Below, in pieces: positions 50,701 to 63,425 of a DNA stretch of 64,000 bases; the first letter of the stretch is position 1; each line of letters starts with the position of its first letter. The stretch comes from Pelomyxa schiedti (lineage: Eukaryota; Protista; Evosea). The notes beneath the pieces were generated by a model. The model saw nothing but the letters and a program-made list of their open reading frames with translations. It did not search any database and was not told the origin of the DNA. The stretch lies in contig JAHLWZ010000790.1 in the NCBI GenBank assembly GCA_020536535.1, positions 322,961-386,960 on the forward strand, read 5' to 3'. The position numbers and the translations under genes were made by a program.

Positions 50701-51489
50701 ACTAATTTCAAGTAAGGGAGATTTAAAAAGCTGTGAAAAGGAGTGTACGAAACAAGATCTTGAGCTCTAACGGTGGGATCAACAGATGGAGAACAATAGG
50801 GATAAGAGGAGAAAGGAGTGGTGAAACATGAAGCTGTCTCAGGAGTGGCATCAAGGCACAACCCAGTAGCATTGTGCACAATAAAAGAGGAGGCAGAGTC
50901 ATAGTACCATTGCTGGAGGAAATCATCTCTACCAATTTTTAAGAGAAAAAAAAGGAAAGATAATAGAACTACACTCGGCATTCCATCATAATAAGACTTG
51001 CACCTTCTGCGTCACCTACTGTTGATAGGCAATAGTGTCTGCTACCAGAACTTTCAATAACACTCCCAGTGAGCTTAAGGAGTTGAGACTCGTTAGTGAT
51101 CTAACAACGAAATGTGGGGAAACATACAACCCAGCGCTGTGGTTTATCTGGTATCGAAGGCTTGCAAGACAAAGTGGAAGGAACAACACCCTCTTAAATG
51201 ACATGTCATCCAGTGCCAACAGAAGAAAAAAAAAAGGGTGGGGATACCAGTGCACTCCCCACAATCCAGGCAAAAACAATCCGTCCGGGAATCGCAATAA
51301 GACACCTAAGAGTACAAATGAACTTAAATGGATGACTGAACAGTTACGCACGGAAATTTCATCCAGTAAGTAGCTGGTGTACTGCCACGATTGCTCGTAC
51401 GTGCCTCCCTTGCACGGCGACAACTTAAGTGAGTGCACACAGCCAAAGACGACAAAAAGCCACACCACCGCTGCAACACCACGCCCCAT
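47710..51489 (-). CDS. Secreted GH3 beta-xylosidase-like enzyme with N-terminal ricin-B-like segment
   Basis: Signal peptide; QSW/QQW and TGLCLDA ricin-like motifs; [111 protein letters not shown]. Confidence 0.95.
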
Positions 51490-51730
51490 CTCTGCCTGTG
51501 TCGGTTTGTTTTGAAAAGCAACGAAACGTAACTTCAGTTTGTTCGTCGGAAACCACCGAGATCACGATCGGTTTAAGAACGAGAGGGTATCAAGACTGAA
51601 GACTGGACAACACACACCCAACCGGAAAGAGGCGCTTCGCGGCCCCGTCTCAAAGGTAGTGACTCCCCAGAAAATGAACACAGGGTCGGTAGGGGAAGAA
51701 ATTGCCATCAGCGTTTTTTTGAAATTAAAA

Positions 51731-53683
51731 ATGAGTGCCATTGAAGGTGTTGTGCATGGGTGGAAAAAAAAGAAGCTCAAGGCCAGTGGTGCCAACAAGA
51801 ACAACACCACACCTGTAGCCAGTACCAACAAGCCAACTTCAGGTCGCGCCACCCTGCCCCCTCCGCCCTCCAAAGCCTCTCCCTCGGCCCCGCCATCCCG
51901 CACCCTTCCTCCCTCGTCCTCGCCAGCGTCGTCATCGGCGAAAGCGGCGCGAAGTAAGCTGTTCTTCCCAGTGGCCGAGCACCGCGACTCCCGCAAGGCC
52001 GACGCCGAGGCGGCGCAGAGGCGCGCCACATCGGCCCAGTCGATCCTGGCCGCCGTAGCGCCGTCTATCGCGGCAGCGGCGGCCGCGGCCGCCACCGCGG
52101 CGGCGCTGTCCCCCAAGAAGCCCGCCACCACCTTCGAGGAGCTGCCCCTCTGCCCCGAGACGCGCCGCGCCCTCGCCGAGGACCTCAAGTTCTCGGCACT
52201 CACGCCGATCCAGGCGGCCGCGATCCCCGCGGCGCTCCTCGGCCGCGACCTCATGGCCACGGCGCGCACGGGGTCGGGCAAGACCCTGGCGTACCTGGTG
52301 CCCGTCGTCGAGCAGCTGTGGCGCCGCACGTTCCTCCCTCCCCGCGGCACCGGCGGCCTCGTCCTCTGCCCCACCGTGGAGCTCGCGGTGCAGATCGGGA
52401 CGGTGTGCGAGCGCCTGATGGCCCACCACCGCATGTCCCGCGGCTGGGTCTGCGCCGGCGGCAACAGGAGCGCCGAGAGCACGATGCTGGAGGCGGGGGT
52501 GAACGTGCTGGTGGGGACGCCCGCGAGGCTCGTGCACCACATCGAGAACACCAGCATGTTCGTGTACAGCGAGCTGCAGTGCCTGGTCCTGGACGAGGCC
52601 GACATGCTGCTGGGCAGCGGGGCCTCGCGCGTCGACGTGGAGATCATCGCCCACACCGTGCCCGCCCAGCGCCAGACGATGCTGTTCAGCGCGACGCTCA
52701 CGAGGCAGACGAGCATCGAGCCGCTGGTGCTGCGCAACCCCGAGTTCGTGGACATGGAGTCGCGCACGGGTAACAAGGGGCCCACCTCGGAGGCCGTGGA
52801 CCAGAACTACATCGTGGTGCCCACCGCTCAGCGAGTAGAGCTGCTTTTGACGCTACTGAAAGTGATTCCGAGCAAGGTAGTGGTGTTTTTCGCCACAACC
52901 GCGGAGGTCACGTTCTTTTCGGCCGTGCTACCGCCGCTGCTCAAGAACACCAAGCTCAAATCACTGCACAAGGACATGTCGAGGGGTTCCACGAACCAGA
53001 CTTTCTGGGATTTCTTCAATGCTTGGTCTGGTGTGCTGTTCACGACCGATATAGCTGCTCGTGGAATAGATATCCCCGATATTGACTGGATTATTCAATT
53101 CGATATACCAAGCTCCGCCGAGATGTACGTGCACAGGGTTGGAAGGACCGCCCGAGCCGGAACAACTGGCCACGCACTGATGTTTGTTCAACCAACGGAA
53201 ACGAGAGTAGTGAGTGCCGTGTGTGAGTTGGGAGTGCCTTTGGCGAAGCTGGCCCTGCCCAAGTTGGATGCCGTGAGTGAGAGCCTACAAAAAGTGATTT
53301 CCGGCGATGCAACAAAGAGAGAGATGGCCACCGCAGCCCTTGACAAGTACATATCCTCCTACGCCCTCCATCAGCGCACTTATGGGTTAGACCCGGTTGA
53401 CATACATAACCTTGCCTTGAGTTTTGGTGTGACTTCCTACACACCCAAAACGCCGGTTCTACAACAACAACCAGTGTCAAGCACCCCTAATTCAACAGCC
53501 ACATCTAAAAAGAAGAAAAAGAAGAAGAAGAAGAACCCCAAAACACAGAAACCCAATTCCACAACACAAACAACAACAACATCAACATCCACCTCTGTGT
53601 CTCACGAACAACCAGCCCCTCCAACACCAAAAAGACCAAGGGTCACACCCAGTTCGCAACCCGCAATAAAAAAAAGAGTCTAG
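51731..53683 (+). CDS. DEAD-box RNA helicase, divergent HAS1/DDX18-like, intronless
   Basis: Q motif, ARTGSGKT, GGNRSAE..GVNVLVGTPARL.HIENT..F, DEAD, SAT, ARGIDIPDIDWIIQFD, HRVGRTARAG; alternative start ATG at 51674. Confidence 0.9.
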   Translation: MSAIEGVVHGWKKKKLKASGANKNNTTPVASTNKPTSGRATLPPPPSKASPSAPPSRTLPPSSSPASSSAKAARSKLFFPVAEHRDSRKADAEAAQRRATSAQSILAAVAPSIAAAAAAAATAAALSPKKPATTFEELPLCPETRRALAEDLKFSALTPIQAAAIPAALLGRDLMATARTGSGKTLAYLVPVVEQLWRRTFLPPRGTGGLVLCPTVELAVQIGTVCERLMAHHRMSRGWVCAGGNRSAESTMLEAGVNVLVGTPARLVHHIENTSMFVYSELQCLVLDEADMLLGSGASRVDVEIIAHTVPAQRQTMLFSATLTRQTSIEPLVLRNPEFVDMESRTGNKGPTSEAVDQNYIVVPTAQRVELLLTLLKVIPSKVVVFFATTAEVTFFSAVLPPLLKNTKLKSLHKDMSRGSTNQTFWDFFNAWSGVLFTTDIAARGIDIPDIDWIIQFDIPSSAEMYVHRVGRTARAGTTGHALMFVQPTETRVVSAVCELGVPLAKLALPKLDAVSESLQKVISGDATKREMATAALDKYISSYALHQRTYGLDPVDIHNLALSFGVTSYTPKTPVLQQQPVSSTPNSTATSKKKKKKKKKNPKTQKPNSTTQTTTTSTSTSVSHEQPAPPTPKRPRVTPSSQPAIKKRV

Positions 53684-53794
53684 CCAAGACCCAGGCACGT
53701 TTTCGTTTTTTCGTTCTTCTTTTTTTTTTTTGGGAACATCACTGGCGTTCAATTCGGGGCAACCACAAGAACACAACAAAAAAAAACAACACGA

Positions 53795-56700
53795 AATGAG
53801 CACCAACACAACACACGGACACCACAAAATGCCGCGGCGGGGGACCGGCCGCGGCGAGGACTCAAGGTCACTGTCAATAAGCGGCACCAGCCCCACGACC
53901 ACGCCCACAACCCTCATGTCTGCATCACCCACTTCCGCCGCCACCACCACCACCAACAACAACACCATGAGCAGCAGCAGCAATAACACAAGCAGTACCG
54001 CCAGCGGCACCAACCAGCAGCCCCAGCCTCCGTCACAGCAGGGCCCCCCGGGGTTGACCATCACATCGCCCCCGCCGTCCCCGGGCCTGGGCCCCATGCC
54101 TCCGGTTGGGCCCTCGCCGTACCCCATCACGGGAGCGGGAACGGGGACTGTGAGCGGCGCGGGGGTGGGTGGGAGCAGCGGCCTCGGGCAGACGCAGACG
54201 CAGACGCAGGGCCAAAGCGCGGCCCAGCTCTCGGCATCCGGGGGCTCGGCGCTGTCGACGTCGCCGGGGGAGGGCGTGTCGTCGTGCCTGGTGCCTGCTG
54301 CTGCAGCGTTCACTCCGTTGTCGGGGTCGGCCTCCTCGTTGTCTCTGCTGCCCCCTAGCTCCGTAGTGCCCGGCCTCACCCCCCCGCAGTCGCCCTCGCC
54401 CGCCACTGGAAGCAGTGCCACGCCATCCCTCCTGCAGCCGCCGCAAGTCCAGGGCGTGGTACCAGGGGGGAATGGGAGCTCGGGGGGAATCAGTATAGGG
54501 AGCATGAGGGGGGGAGTGCTGGGAGGGGATCCCAGTGGGGGTCTGGGGCTGCTGTTGCAGCAAGGGGTGGGGGTTCTAGGGGTGGCAACCCCGCCTACCT
54601 CACCTAGGGGCAGCTCCCCGACTATCATCCCGTTGTTCCCGCCTGGCTCTGTCTTGGTTGGGCATGAGGGGCAGGTTGAGCCTCCTGTCTCTACTCTGCA
54701 GCCTCCTACACCGTCGACAATCCCGAGTCATTTGCACCACACAAGCTCCACTGGTGCTGTAGTGACTTCTGCCGCTGCGACGCCTCCTGGGGCACCTGTT
54801 GAGGTGATCACTCATAGTCTTCCACTCACTCATTTGCTACTCTTCTTCTTATTCAACTTAGGCAGACAGAAAGAAAGCTGTAAAGTGCAAGGCAATTCCT
54901 TGGGTGTTGTACCCAACCGACGAAGACAGGAAGAGTGACTACCAGGGTACAGCTGCAGATTGGATAGTGGAAACACTTTTGGAGAAATTCTGGAAGTGTG
55001 CTAGAGAGAAAATGACAGAACTTAACTCCCTTCCATTGGTTTGTGCAACATAAGAGTTGAACTAAGAAATAATTGTTTCTCCAGGAAAGCAGCGTACCTC
55101 TCCCTGAAATTTTTACCCCAAGTCATGACACATCCTTCCACCAAATTATCACAGCAATTGGAGAAGTGAGGTTGGTATCTTGTAAGTGAGAAGGTGGACT
55201 CACCTGGAGGGGAAAAAAAAAAAAAAGCAAGTCTGCTTTTGAAGTCATGATGGCTGCCCTGATCCAATGGAAGACTGCACAACGAGTTCCTTTGGACCAC
55301 CTTAAGATTCTAGTGTATGAACAGCTCCAAGACAACTTGTTTTAAAGAAAAAAAATAGTGAAGGGTCAGGAACACGCATTTCCTTGAAAGATGGTCAAAC
55401 GTTCCTTGAGGAGAGATATCAAGTATAGATTCACCAAAAAATCGTATTAATACATTCTCAGAGTGGTGTGGAGTATACTTTCCTTCTGTCGGCACTAGCG
55501 TGTTTGGATTCCTTTGTACATGACGAAATCCCTGAGTATTTATGTAATCAGTTGTTAGATCTGTCAATTGAGTATTTGACAAGACCTGAACGGTTTGTGA
55601 ACCTTGACTTTTTTTTTCTTTTTCACTTTCTTAGTAAATTTGGCCCCGAACCATTTTTTCAGGAGATCTCCCAAAACAAGAAGAGAGTACATGAAATATA
55701 TGCTTGGTTTATTGGTGCCATATCCAAATCTCGGTTCGTTTCTATCATTTTGTTGATAGTGATCAAACTGACTTTCCCATAGGTTGAAGCAAGTTACTGC
55801 ACGTTACCTGAAAGAACTGCCAATACCAATAACAAACTCTACCAAATCTAAAGCCCTTGTTCTTATTCCCAGTCTAAGATTTGTATCTTTGAGAGTAAGC
55901 ATTTCCTTGCAAATGTGATAACTTATCATCCTGAAAAGTTGGACAGCAAGCATCGCCTCACGGCTACCTCTGAATTTCTAGCCTTCTTTGCTGGGCACCT
56001 GAAATATGAACCCCTAAGATCCTATGCGAAAGAGGTAAAGAGGAGAGGACAAACTCCAACCAACCCCTTCTAAGCTGCGAGTTGCTTTTATTGATACACT
56101 TGTACTCTTATTGCGCCCTCTTGCAGCTGTAGAGCTTAAATCTGGCTTGAAATACATTCAGTGGTTTTCAACAGTAAACGAGTTGATTGCATGTGCTATA
56201 AAAATGAAAGAACGAAAACCCAAGGTATGGGTGGTTGTGTTTTACATAACAAACACCAACAAGAAAAAAAAAAAACTCAAGGTTGGGCATCAAATGCTGA
56301 GTGTTCTCCTTTCAGTAACTGACAGAGATACTTTTGTCAAACACTGGTGGTCTTTTGTTGAATCTGTACTGAAAATAAGAGTGTGACACCGAAATTTGGA
56401 GCCGCCATACTTACCACTATTCTCAGGACAGGAAAACCCAATATGTCTATTCACTCAAATTCATCATTCCAGTTCTCTGGACCTATCTTACTAAGTATGA
56501 AGAACCGCAGGAGACAATCAACGTAGTCTATGAAAAACTCATTGCTGTTACTGGGCTTTTATTCCCCCCTCAGAAGAAATTAATACCTGAGGTTTTTGAC
56601 CAGTATGTTGATTTGATTCATTGCATTGCAGAAGCTAGGTACTCTCCCCTTTGTCCTTTCGTGGCGAAACCATGTATTAGGCCAGATTTTGCACTTCATA

Positions 56701-59700
56701 ATATTATATTTGAATTGTTGAAATTCCCAGATCTCAAGACTTTTGAAGTCGAGTTGATATTCCATTTACCACTTCTTACCTTATTGATCTTTTTCTTTTA
56801 AGCCGCATGATCGTCGGGCTGAGAAGTCTACAGAGCATCCTGGCAGCACAAGAGCCTCCACACACACAATCAAAAGCAAAACCCTTAGCAAATCTTATCA
56901 AGGAGAAAGTCGAGTTTCATCATACTCGTCGGAAAATTCGAGTTGACCCTTATCTGAAACACACAAGGTAGTAATTGTGTTCATTATGAACAACTTACAT
57001 TCCCTTTTTGCAGCATCTTGATTGGAAACGTTTTTACTGCTGTGGAAACGTTGCGTTCCCCTGTTTCACCTGTGAAAGTTGCTTTTGATCCCGCCCTCCT
57101 TCTGCAATTGCATCAACTTGCCATTTCCTGCATCCCATTGGTGTTACCCATTAAAATAATCGCAGAGGATCTGGTATTGGCTTTGGTGAAGAATCTCATC
57201 CATTCTGATAGAAGTACTCACCAACATTTAGACTCCCATCTTACCTTTTTTTTTTCCCCAGTTATTCGAGATGCTTCTTATAATACCCTTATGCAGCTGA
57301 TAACATGGTACCCTCATCTACGAGCCGAGATAGTCCAGGGTATTGCTGGATACATAGTGCAGGAGATACCTGATCACCGAGCACCAGATCTCTCTATGCT
57401 TCTGTTCAGAGTTTGTTCTTGAATTTATGCAACTAATTTAACACCACCCAAGTTAGGAAATTGTCTGAACCAGTGGAAGATTGTCCTATCTGAACCCCAA
57501 GAACCTCCTCCTAATGTCGTAAACATTGTAATGTCCCTTCTCCAAGATGCAAAACATTCTGGAGAGGTCCAAGAATTACCCTGCGAATTTGATATTGCTT
57601 TTCTGGAAGCTGTGGCCCTTGTTTTTTTATGCTGCCCTTTTGGTAAACTGAGGTGGGTACTCAACCATCTTTATTGCTTTTGACCCTGCATGAGGGAGAG
57701 CTGTCTTCATATACTACAGTCTGTCAGTGTAATAAATTCTATTCAAGAGCAGAACTCTGATACCCTACCGGCACCCAGAGTAATTGATGTCATAGAAGAA
57801 GAAGAAGCGGTTGTTCTCCAGATTCTGGCATCTACATATGATACCTTCCACTTTGCAACAATACATGTAGATCATCTTTATTTCAACCTTGGTAATTCCG
57901 ACCTTCATCAGGAAGATGTGCAATTTCTTGTGCAACTCTCAATCAGACAGATTGCAATTAGTGACCTACCCAAGCACCAATTTGTATATTCCTTTCATCT
58001 TAGCAAAATTCCTTCTAAGAACAACAGATGTGGACTTACTGCTACTGTGAACTATTGAAGCGTATAATGCCACTTTGTCCCGAGCAAATACAAATTGCCT
58101 GGGATCTGGTTTGTCAATTTACATCCAGGCCTTTTCTCAACACTCTTGGCTTAGGCTACACAACGTCTTTCTGCAGTTCGGCCTGATGACAATCCCAGTA
58201 AACTAATGGGCTCCATAATAGAATCACCAACAAATTGCCTTTGGTGGCGCAACTACTGCATGTTTGGTTGCACTTGTATAAGCCCAAGAAAAGCTGAGCC
58301 ACAACAGCCTTCCCAGCCCGCAACTAACCCACAAAGAGAGTTTTTGACTTCACTGTGCCAACACCTCAGATCAACGAGTGAACAGCAGCGTGATGTTGCT
58401 ATGCAGGTTATTCTCCTATCTCTTTTTTTCTTTTATAGCCAACCACAATTTTTCAGTCACTGCAACAAGTTAATATCAACTATCTGGGCATGCTTTTTGA
58501 GCTCTTGAAACCCTTTGAAGCCGATCTAAGAGTACCCAGTAGAAAAAAGAAAGATGTAATGCGGAACATGCTAGCCTGTAAGTTTCTGTAGAATGGTAGA
58601 ATTCTTATCTTTGTCAAAATAGTACTGCGGTGTCGACTATGTGAGACAATGCGACAGACAACTCTAGGGCAATCTGAACTTTATTGCCAGCTTTATCTAG
58701 AGTGGATACAGGTATTATTTCCACAACCATGCAGTTGCCTTAACTCTGACAAGGAATCTTTTACGTTTTTAAATCAACCAAATGAATGGATTTGGGATGG
58801 TGTTCTTTTCATGCGATTCTATTTCTGTGTTGTAGTTCAACACTTTGCAAGGGAGCTGAATTTATGTGGGAGGAATCAAATAATACCTCCTGCTCTTCGG
58901 CGAGATATTTTCCTACTATTATCAAGGTTTGTTCCTCTCTTTTTATAGAATCATACTGAGTGTTATTCTTTTCTCTCCCATTGGTTAATTGAGATGGACA
59001 CATTCCGAAAAGCTTCTAGATAATGATCAAACTAAGAAACGTCTGGTTCAGGATTACTAGCCTATTCTCTATTCTCACTTCTTTTAGGCAACTGAATTAG
59101 CAAGTTACATAAAAGAACCAGAAAAGAGGCCCGAAGTTGAAGATAAAGTTGTTGAAAGAACCTTATATCTTCAATATGCTGCCTCAAATGTCTTATCCTA
59201 TCCCTCACTGCATAACTTATGACCTAAACAAGGCTATTGCATCCCTTCTTTTGGGTCCTTCTTTTTCTGTGGATGTATTGCGAGATCCAAATAACATAGT
59301 CTTCACATGGGCAGATAACATTTTCCTTACGGATACAGTTCAAGTAAGAGATTTTGGTTGTTGTATTTTCAGGACTTACTATTTTACTTAGCCCAGCACA
59401 AAGAATAAGCCAAAATGGAAGAAAGCTCGTGATCTAGTAAGGAAACTAACTTTCCCGACTTCTTTCTTAGTCTTCACCAGAATGTTCAGTGCACCGTAAG
59501 TGCTGTGCAATCCCTTGTAAAAGGAAATCCTGAAATACCTGATTTGTTCCACAATATTCTGGACAGGGTTTGCTTTTCCTTGTTAGAATCACAGTGACCA
59601 AGTACACAGTGTTACTCAAACAATTCCCAAGTTTCTAAGGCCTATTTTATTGCTGTTGTGGAGCTTGCAAAAACTACAGATTTACTTGCCTTTCCGTCGT

Positions 59701-62700
59701 CCATGTCCCTTTTATTGCATCTTATCCTCTTTAAGGCCTGCATATAATTAGAGCGTAATATTACTCTAATCCGTTTTAGGCAGGAGATCCTACCCTTGTT
59801 ATACGACAAGCCGCACAGCAACTTTTGCAGCTTATTACAGACACGGAGTCTGTTTATTTACCCTTTGCTTCAGAGAGTCGTTTACCAGAAACCTACATGC
59901 AAGCACAAGTAACTCCCAAATTAATCTTTCATCTTTGTTTTATGTTCCTAGTACGGCCTCTCGACTACTCTAGCAACAACCTTTTCTACACATTCTTATG
60001 CTGTGTTAACTGAAACTGTAAAACGGTTTGGCCCTGCCATCATCCAAGTAATCTCACTTTGACTGCATAGTCTAATTCTCATTGCATCTGGCCACGAGAA
60101 ACTAATGCTGACCTATATATTACCGTGGTTGGAAAGAATGGATTTGGCTGAAGAAACTGTCGAAAAATTTAATGCTGTAGAAGTGTGTGAGTAACAAAGC
60201 AAGGGCCTCTCGTAATTTCTAATAGAACTTACTGCTATTGACGTGGAAGTATAAATCAACATTCCCATTGGAGATAAAATCAATTTGGACAACAATTGCT
60301 GTAAAAGTATGAGTCACAACTTGTTTATACAGTCTTATAAAAAATAAGTCTTATGCTGTGCATATTGTGATCGATATCATGGTAGAGCTGGGGTTGCGGA
60401 AGGTTCCTTTCTTCTTGTGTCCGTGCCCTCTCAGTTATTAAAAGAGTTTGGAATTTGTGGAGCTTGCCAAAGTTGTTTGCATGTATATGTCTTGTGCAGC
60501 TCCACGAGTCACTATCGACTGCCTGATAGGAGATTTATCTCTGCTAACTCAACCAGTGAATGATATAGCCAAGAATAACCAATATCCACACTATTAATTA
60601 AGCACTTTTGAATTCCCTTCTCCAGTGTAACTCCTTCACTTCTTTACTCTGCCTGCCACGCGATCCAACTTCTTCAGTCAATTTGTTCCAGGTTATAATT
60701 TGCCTCGTACCAAAGAAAGTGGCTCACTAACCACCAGATTGTGATCCAAGTATGTGTTTAGTTTCCCGTGCCCATCTGGCTATTGTCATACTCTCTGAAC
60801 TAGCTTACAGTTACTACCCACTGATTCCTCTTTTTTGCGTTGATGTAACTCTGTTTTTCCCATAGAATGTGGGGAAGAGTTTCGTCCACACCTTCCAGTT
60901 TTACTGCACATAGCATTTCTTGGCTTTGACTACCATACACTTCCTGTATCTGATTTTTGTCGCAGTTTATTGTTGAACCTTCTTCATTCTCTGGTGGTAC
61001 AACCGTTCCAAGTAGCTGGTGTGTCTCAAAACTATCTACTTGACATAATCGTCATTCTCGCAGGCACTGACCCAGCTGAATCTCCTAAATATGCTGAATC
61101 ATTGGACCTGGGTGTTTTCTTGAAGTCTAAGCAAAGCAATAAGTTATGGAGTGATTTCTCTCCAACAAGAGCCGCCCCTACATGTGAAATTCTTACAAGT
61201 GTTGTGAAACGAATTGTTGCTGTTCTATCAGCAGGAACTGATCTCAATGAGAGATGGGGAGCTGAAGGTTTGTTCGAAAAGTCCACAAAAAAGAAAACCA
61301 AGATAATGCATTTAATAGCCCACGCATGGGCAACCGGCAGCCCTGAGCATTTCCAAGCCGTTCGCTCCTATCAGATTTTCCGAGCATTGGCACCCACTGT
61401 GAAGATCGAACACATTTTCGATATTCTCACGAGATTGCACTCCTGCATTAGCTCCCCTTCTCCTAATAATAAACTACTTGCGAAAGAGTGTTTCCTTACC
61501 CTCCAGGTTTTCCTTTATGACGTCGTGGTTATTATTACTTATCTTTCGTCTTTTTCCCAATAGTTGACAGTTGAGGGGCTCCATCCTTCCAAGTTGATTC
61601 TTTTTCCCCAAATTTTTTGGGGAGCAGTGGCACTTCTGTATTCGGATGATGAAGACGAATTCCTCCGTATGCTGGATGTCTTTACATTTCCCTCACATTC
61701 GAAAAAGAAGCAATAAAGCTCCTTCATGTACTGCTGGATCGATTTTCGTTTTCGGATTCTGCAGTTCAAGCTGTAATCACTGCAAGTGTACCTGAGGAAT
61801 GGTGTGCTTTGAAACACAAGGTCTTTTTTCTCACATGAGAAGGTCGACAAACAGGCCTTTCATTGGCGTCCAACCACTTGTTTTAAGAGGCCTATTATCT
61901 GATATAACTGAGGAAGCAGCAAGAAAAGTTTGTCACGTTCCTATTCAATTTCCTTACACTCTTAAGCTTCTGTCTCGGATGTCAACAATCCCCTGTGACC
62001 AAACCTTCGATCCCCATCCATGCCGTTTTCTGACAAATACAGTATCTTCATCATCAATTAAATGAGACCATTCCTAATGACAGACAGATTGTATTCGTCC
62101 CATGGTTAATTTATCACTTCAAAGAAAGGAGTCACTTTCACCTTGGAGTTGCTGAAAAACTAAGTGAGGCCTCTGAAAACAAAGGCCACAAGACTCTGGG
62201 AAAGGTGTTTGCCAAGTACTCGGAGGTTCCTCTACCTAGTACACTTCATCATCTCATTCTGTTTTTCTCTTGTACAGAAACTTTTCGATTCAGCAGAGCA
62301 GTTTTTGGATGAATTGTTGCACCCCCTAGCAAAGATAATAAAGCGATTCAATGTGAGTTACATCTTCCATATCCTCTTTGGACTAGTAGAGTCATGCAAT
62401 GGTTTGTCCCCTTCCAAAAAGTGGTAGATAACCAAAGCCATTTCCCTTTCCAGGAAAGTACACAGAAGCTACCTTGATGCTCATCAAAGGTCTTGTGGGT
62501 CTTGTTCCTGACTCCATGTTGCCCACACCTGGCACAGTGGCTCCCTTCTTCAACCCACTCCTCAGACTTGTAGTTAAGAATACAGCAGTGTCCCGCAGAA
62601 CTTCCAATGTCCAGTTACAGACACTGCAAGCCATGCACAAGACCAGTGCCGTTGCAGCCGCGGCATCAAATGCACACGAGTCTGCTGTCCAGCAGGCACT

Positions 62701-63425
62701 CCAACCCCTTGGTGGCCCCAGTAATAACTCCAACTCTGGCCTGACTCTCCCCGCTCCGATTACTCCACAGCCAAGTTGGCGTATTGCCTCAAGTGTTCTG
62801 TGCTCCGCAGTCAAATCGTCCACACTCAGTGAGAACTTGATTTTGCGACTTGCTGATGAAAACCCTCTCACACCCGCTATTTCTGTATGAATGATCTCAC
62901 AGAAACACTACCTCACATTCTTCAGAAAGCAGAAGAAGCCGGTTTTCCAAGGGCCGCTCTCTCACTGGCACAGGTGAATACTGTTTGCCTTTGCTAAATA
63001 GCCTTACTCACAAACCACAGGTACTGGAAACGTGTAAGCAGAACGATTCTCTCAAGAACCATTCTCCAGCAGGATCCAAGAAAATGTTCGAAAAGGTACC
63101 ATGCACCTCGACTCTTTGAGTGGCTAACTCTGTTCAGTTCTTTTCATTCCGTGAAGGGAAAAAACGAGATGATGAAGAATATCAGGCAGACCAAGGCATC
63201 GCCGACGATGAAAGCAGAATTTCCGAGTCAGATAATCAACTATTTGATTTACCTGACGGTGGTGGAGGAGACCAAATGCAATTCCCAACGTTAAATTTGG
63301 CATCAGGGTTTGATGGTATTACCCAAAAGCTTGATAGTGCGTACTTTAACATCAATCAAAGAAATAATGCAAGGACTGGAGGAAGACGCAAAGAGCAGGA
63401 AAAATCCCTAATGTTATATTTATAG
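53795..63425 (+). CDS. Furry/Tao3/Mor2 (PAG1) cell morphogenesis scaffold, many exons
   Basis: S/P/G-rich N-terminus then long HEAT-like region with WRNYCMFGC, LFKAGDP..IRQAAQQLL, LPWLE, WTTIA, HLPVLLH, RSYQIFRAL, QIFWGAVALLYSD..EF, FIGVQPLVLRGLLS; ends approximate. Confidence 0.88.

Noticed and set aside
51562-52785. Long antisense ORFs (also 46828-47823, 53582-54628, 12450-12986, 9529-10170)
   Set aside because: Shadows of GC-rich or low-complexity coding sequence on the opposite strand.
51850-52900. Bacterial contamination or inserted element explaining high GC
   Set aside because: The GC-rich stretches encode eukaryotic-type proteins (DDX18-like, RPP21) in frame with AT-richer flanks; no terminal repeats or transposase seen.
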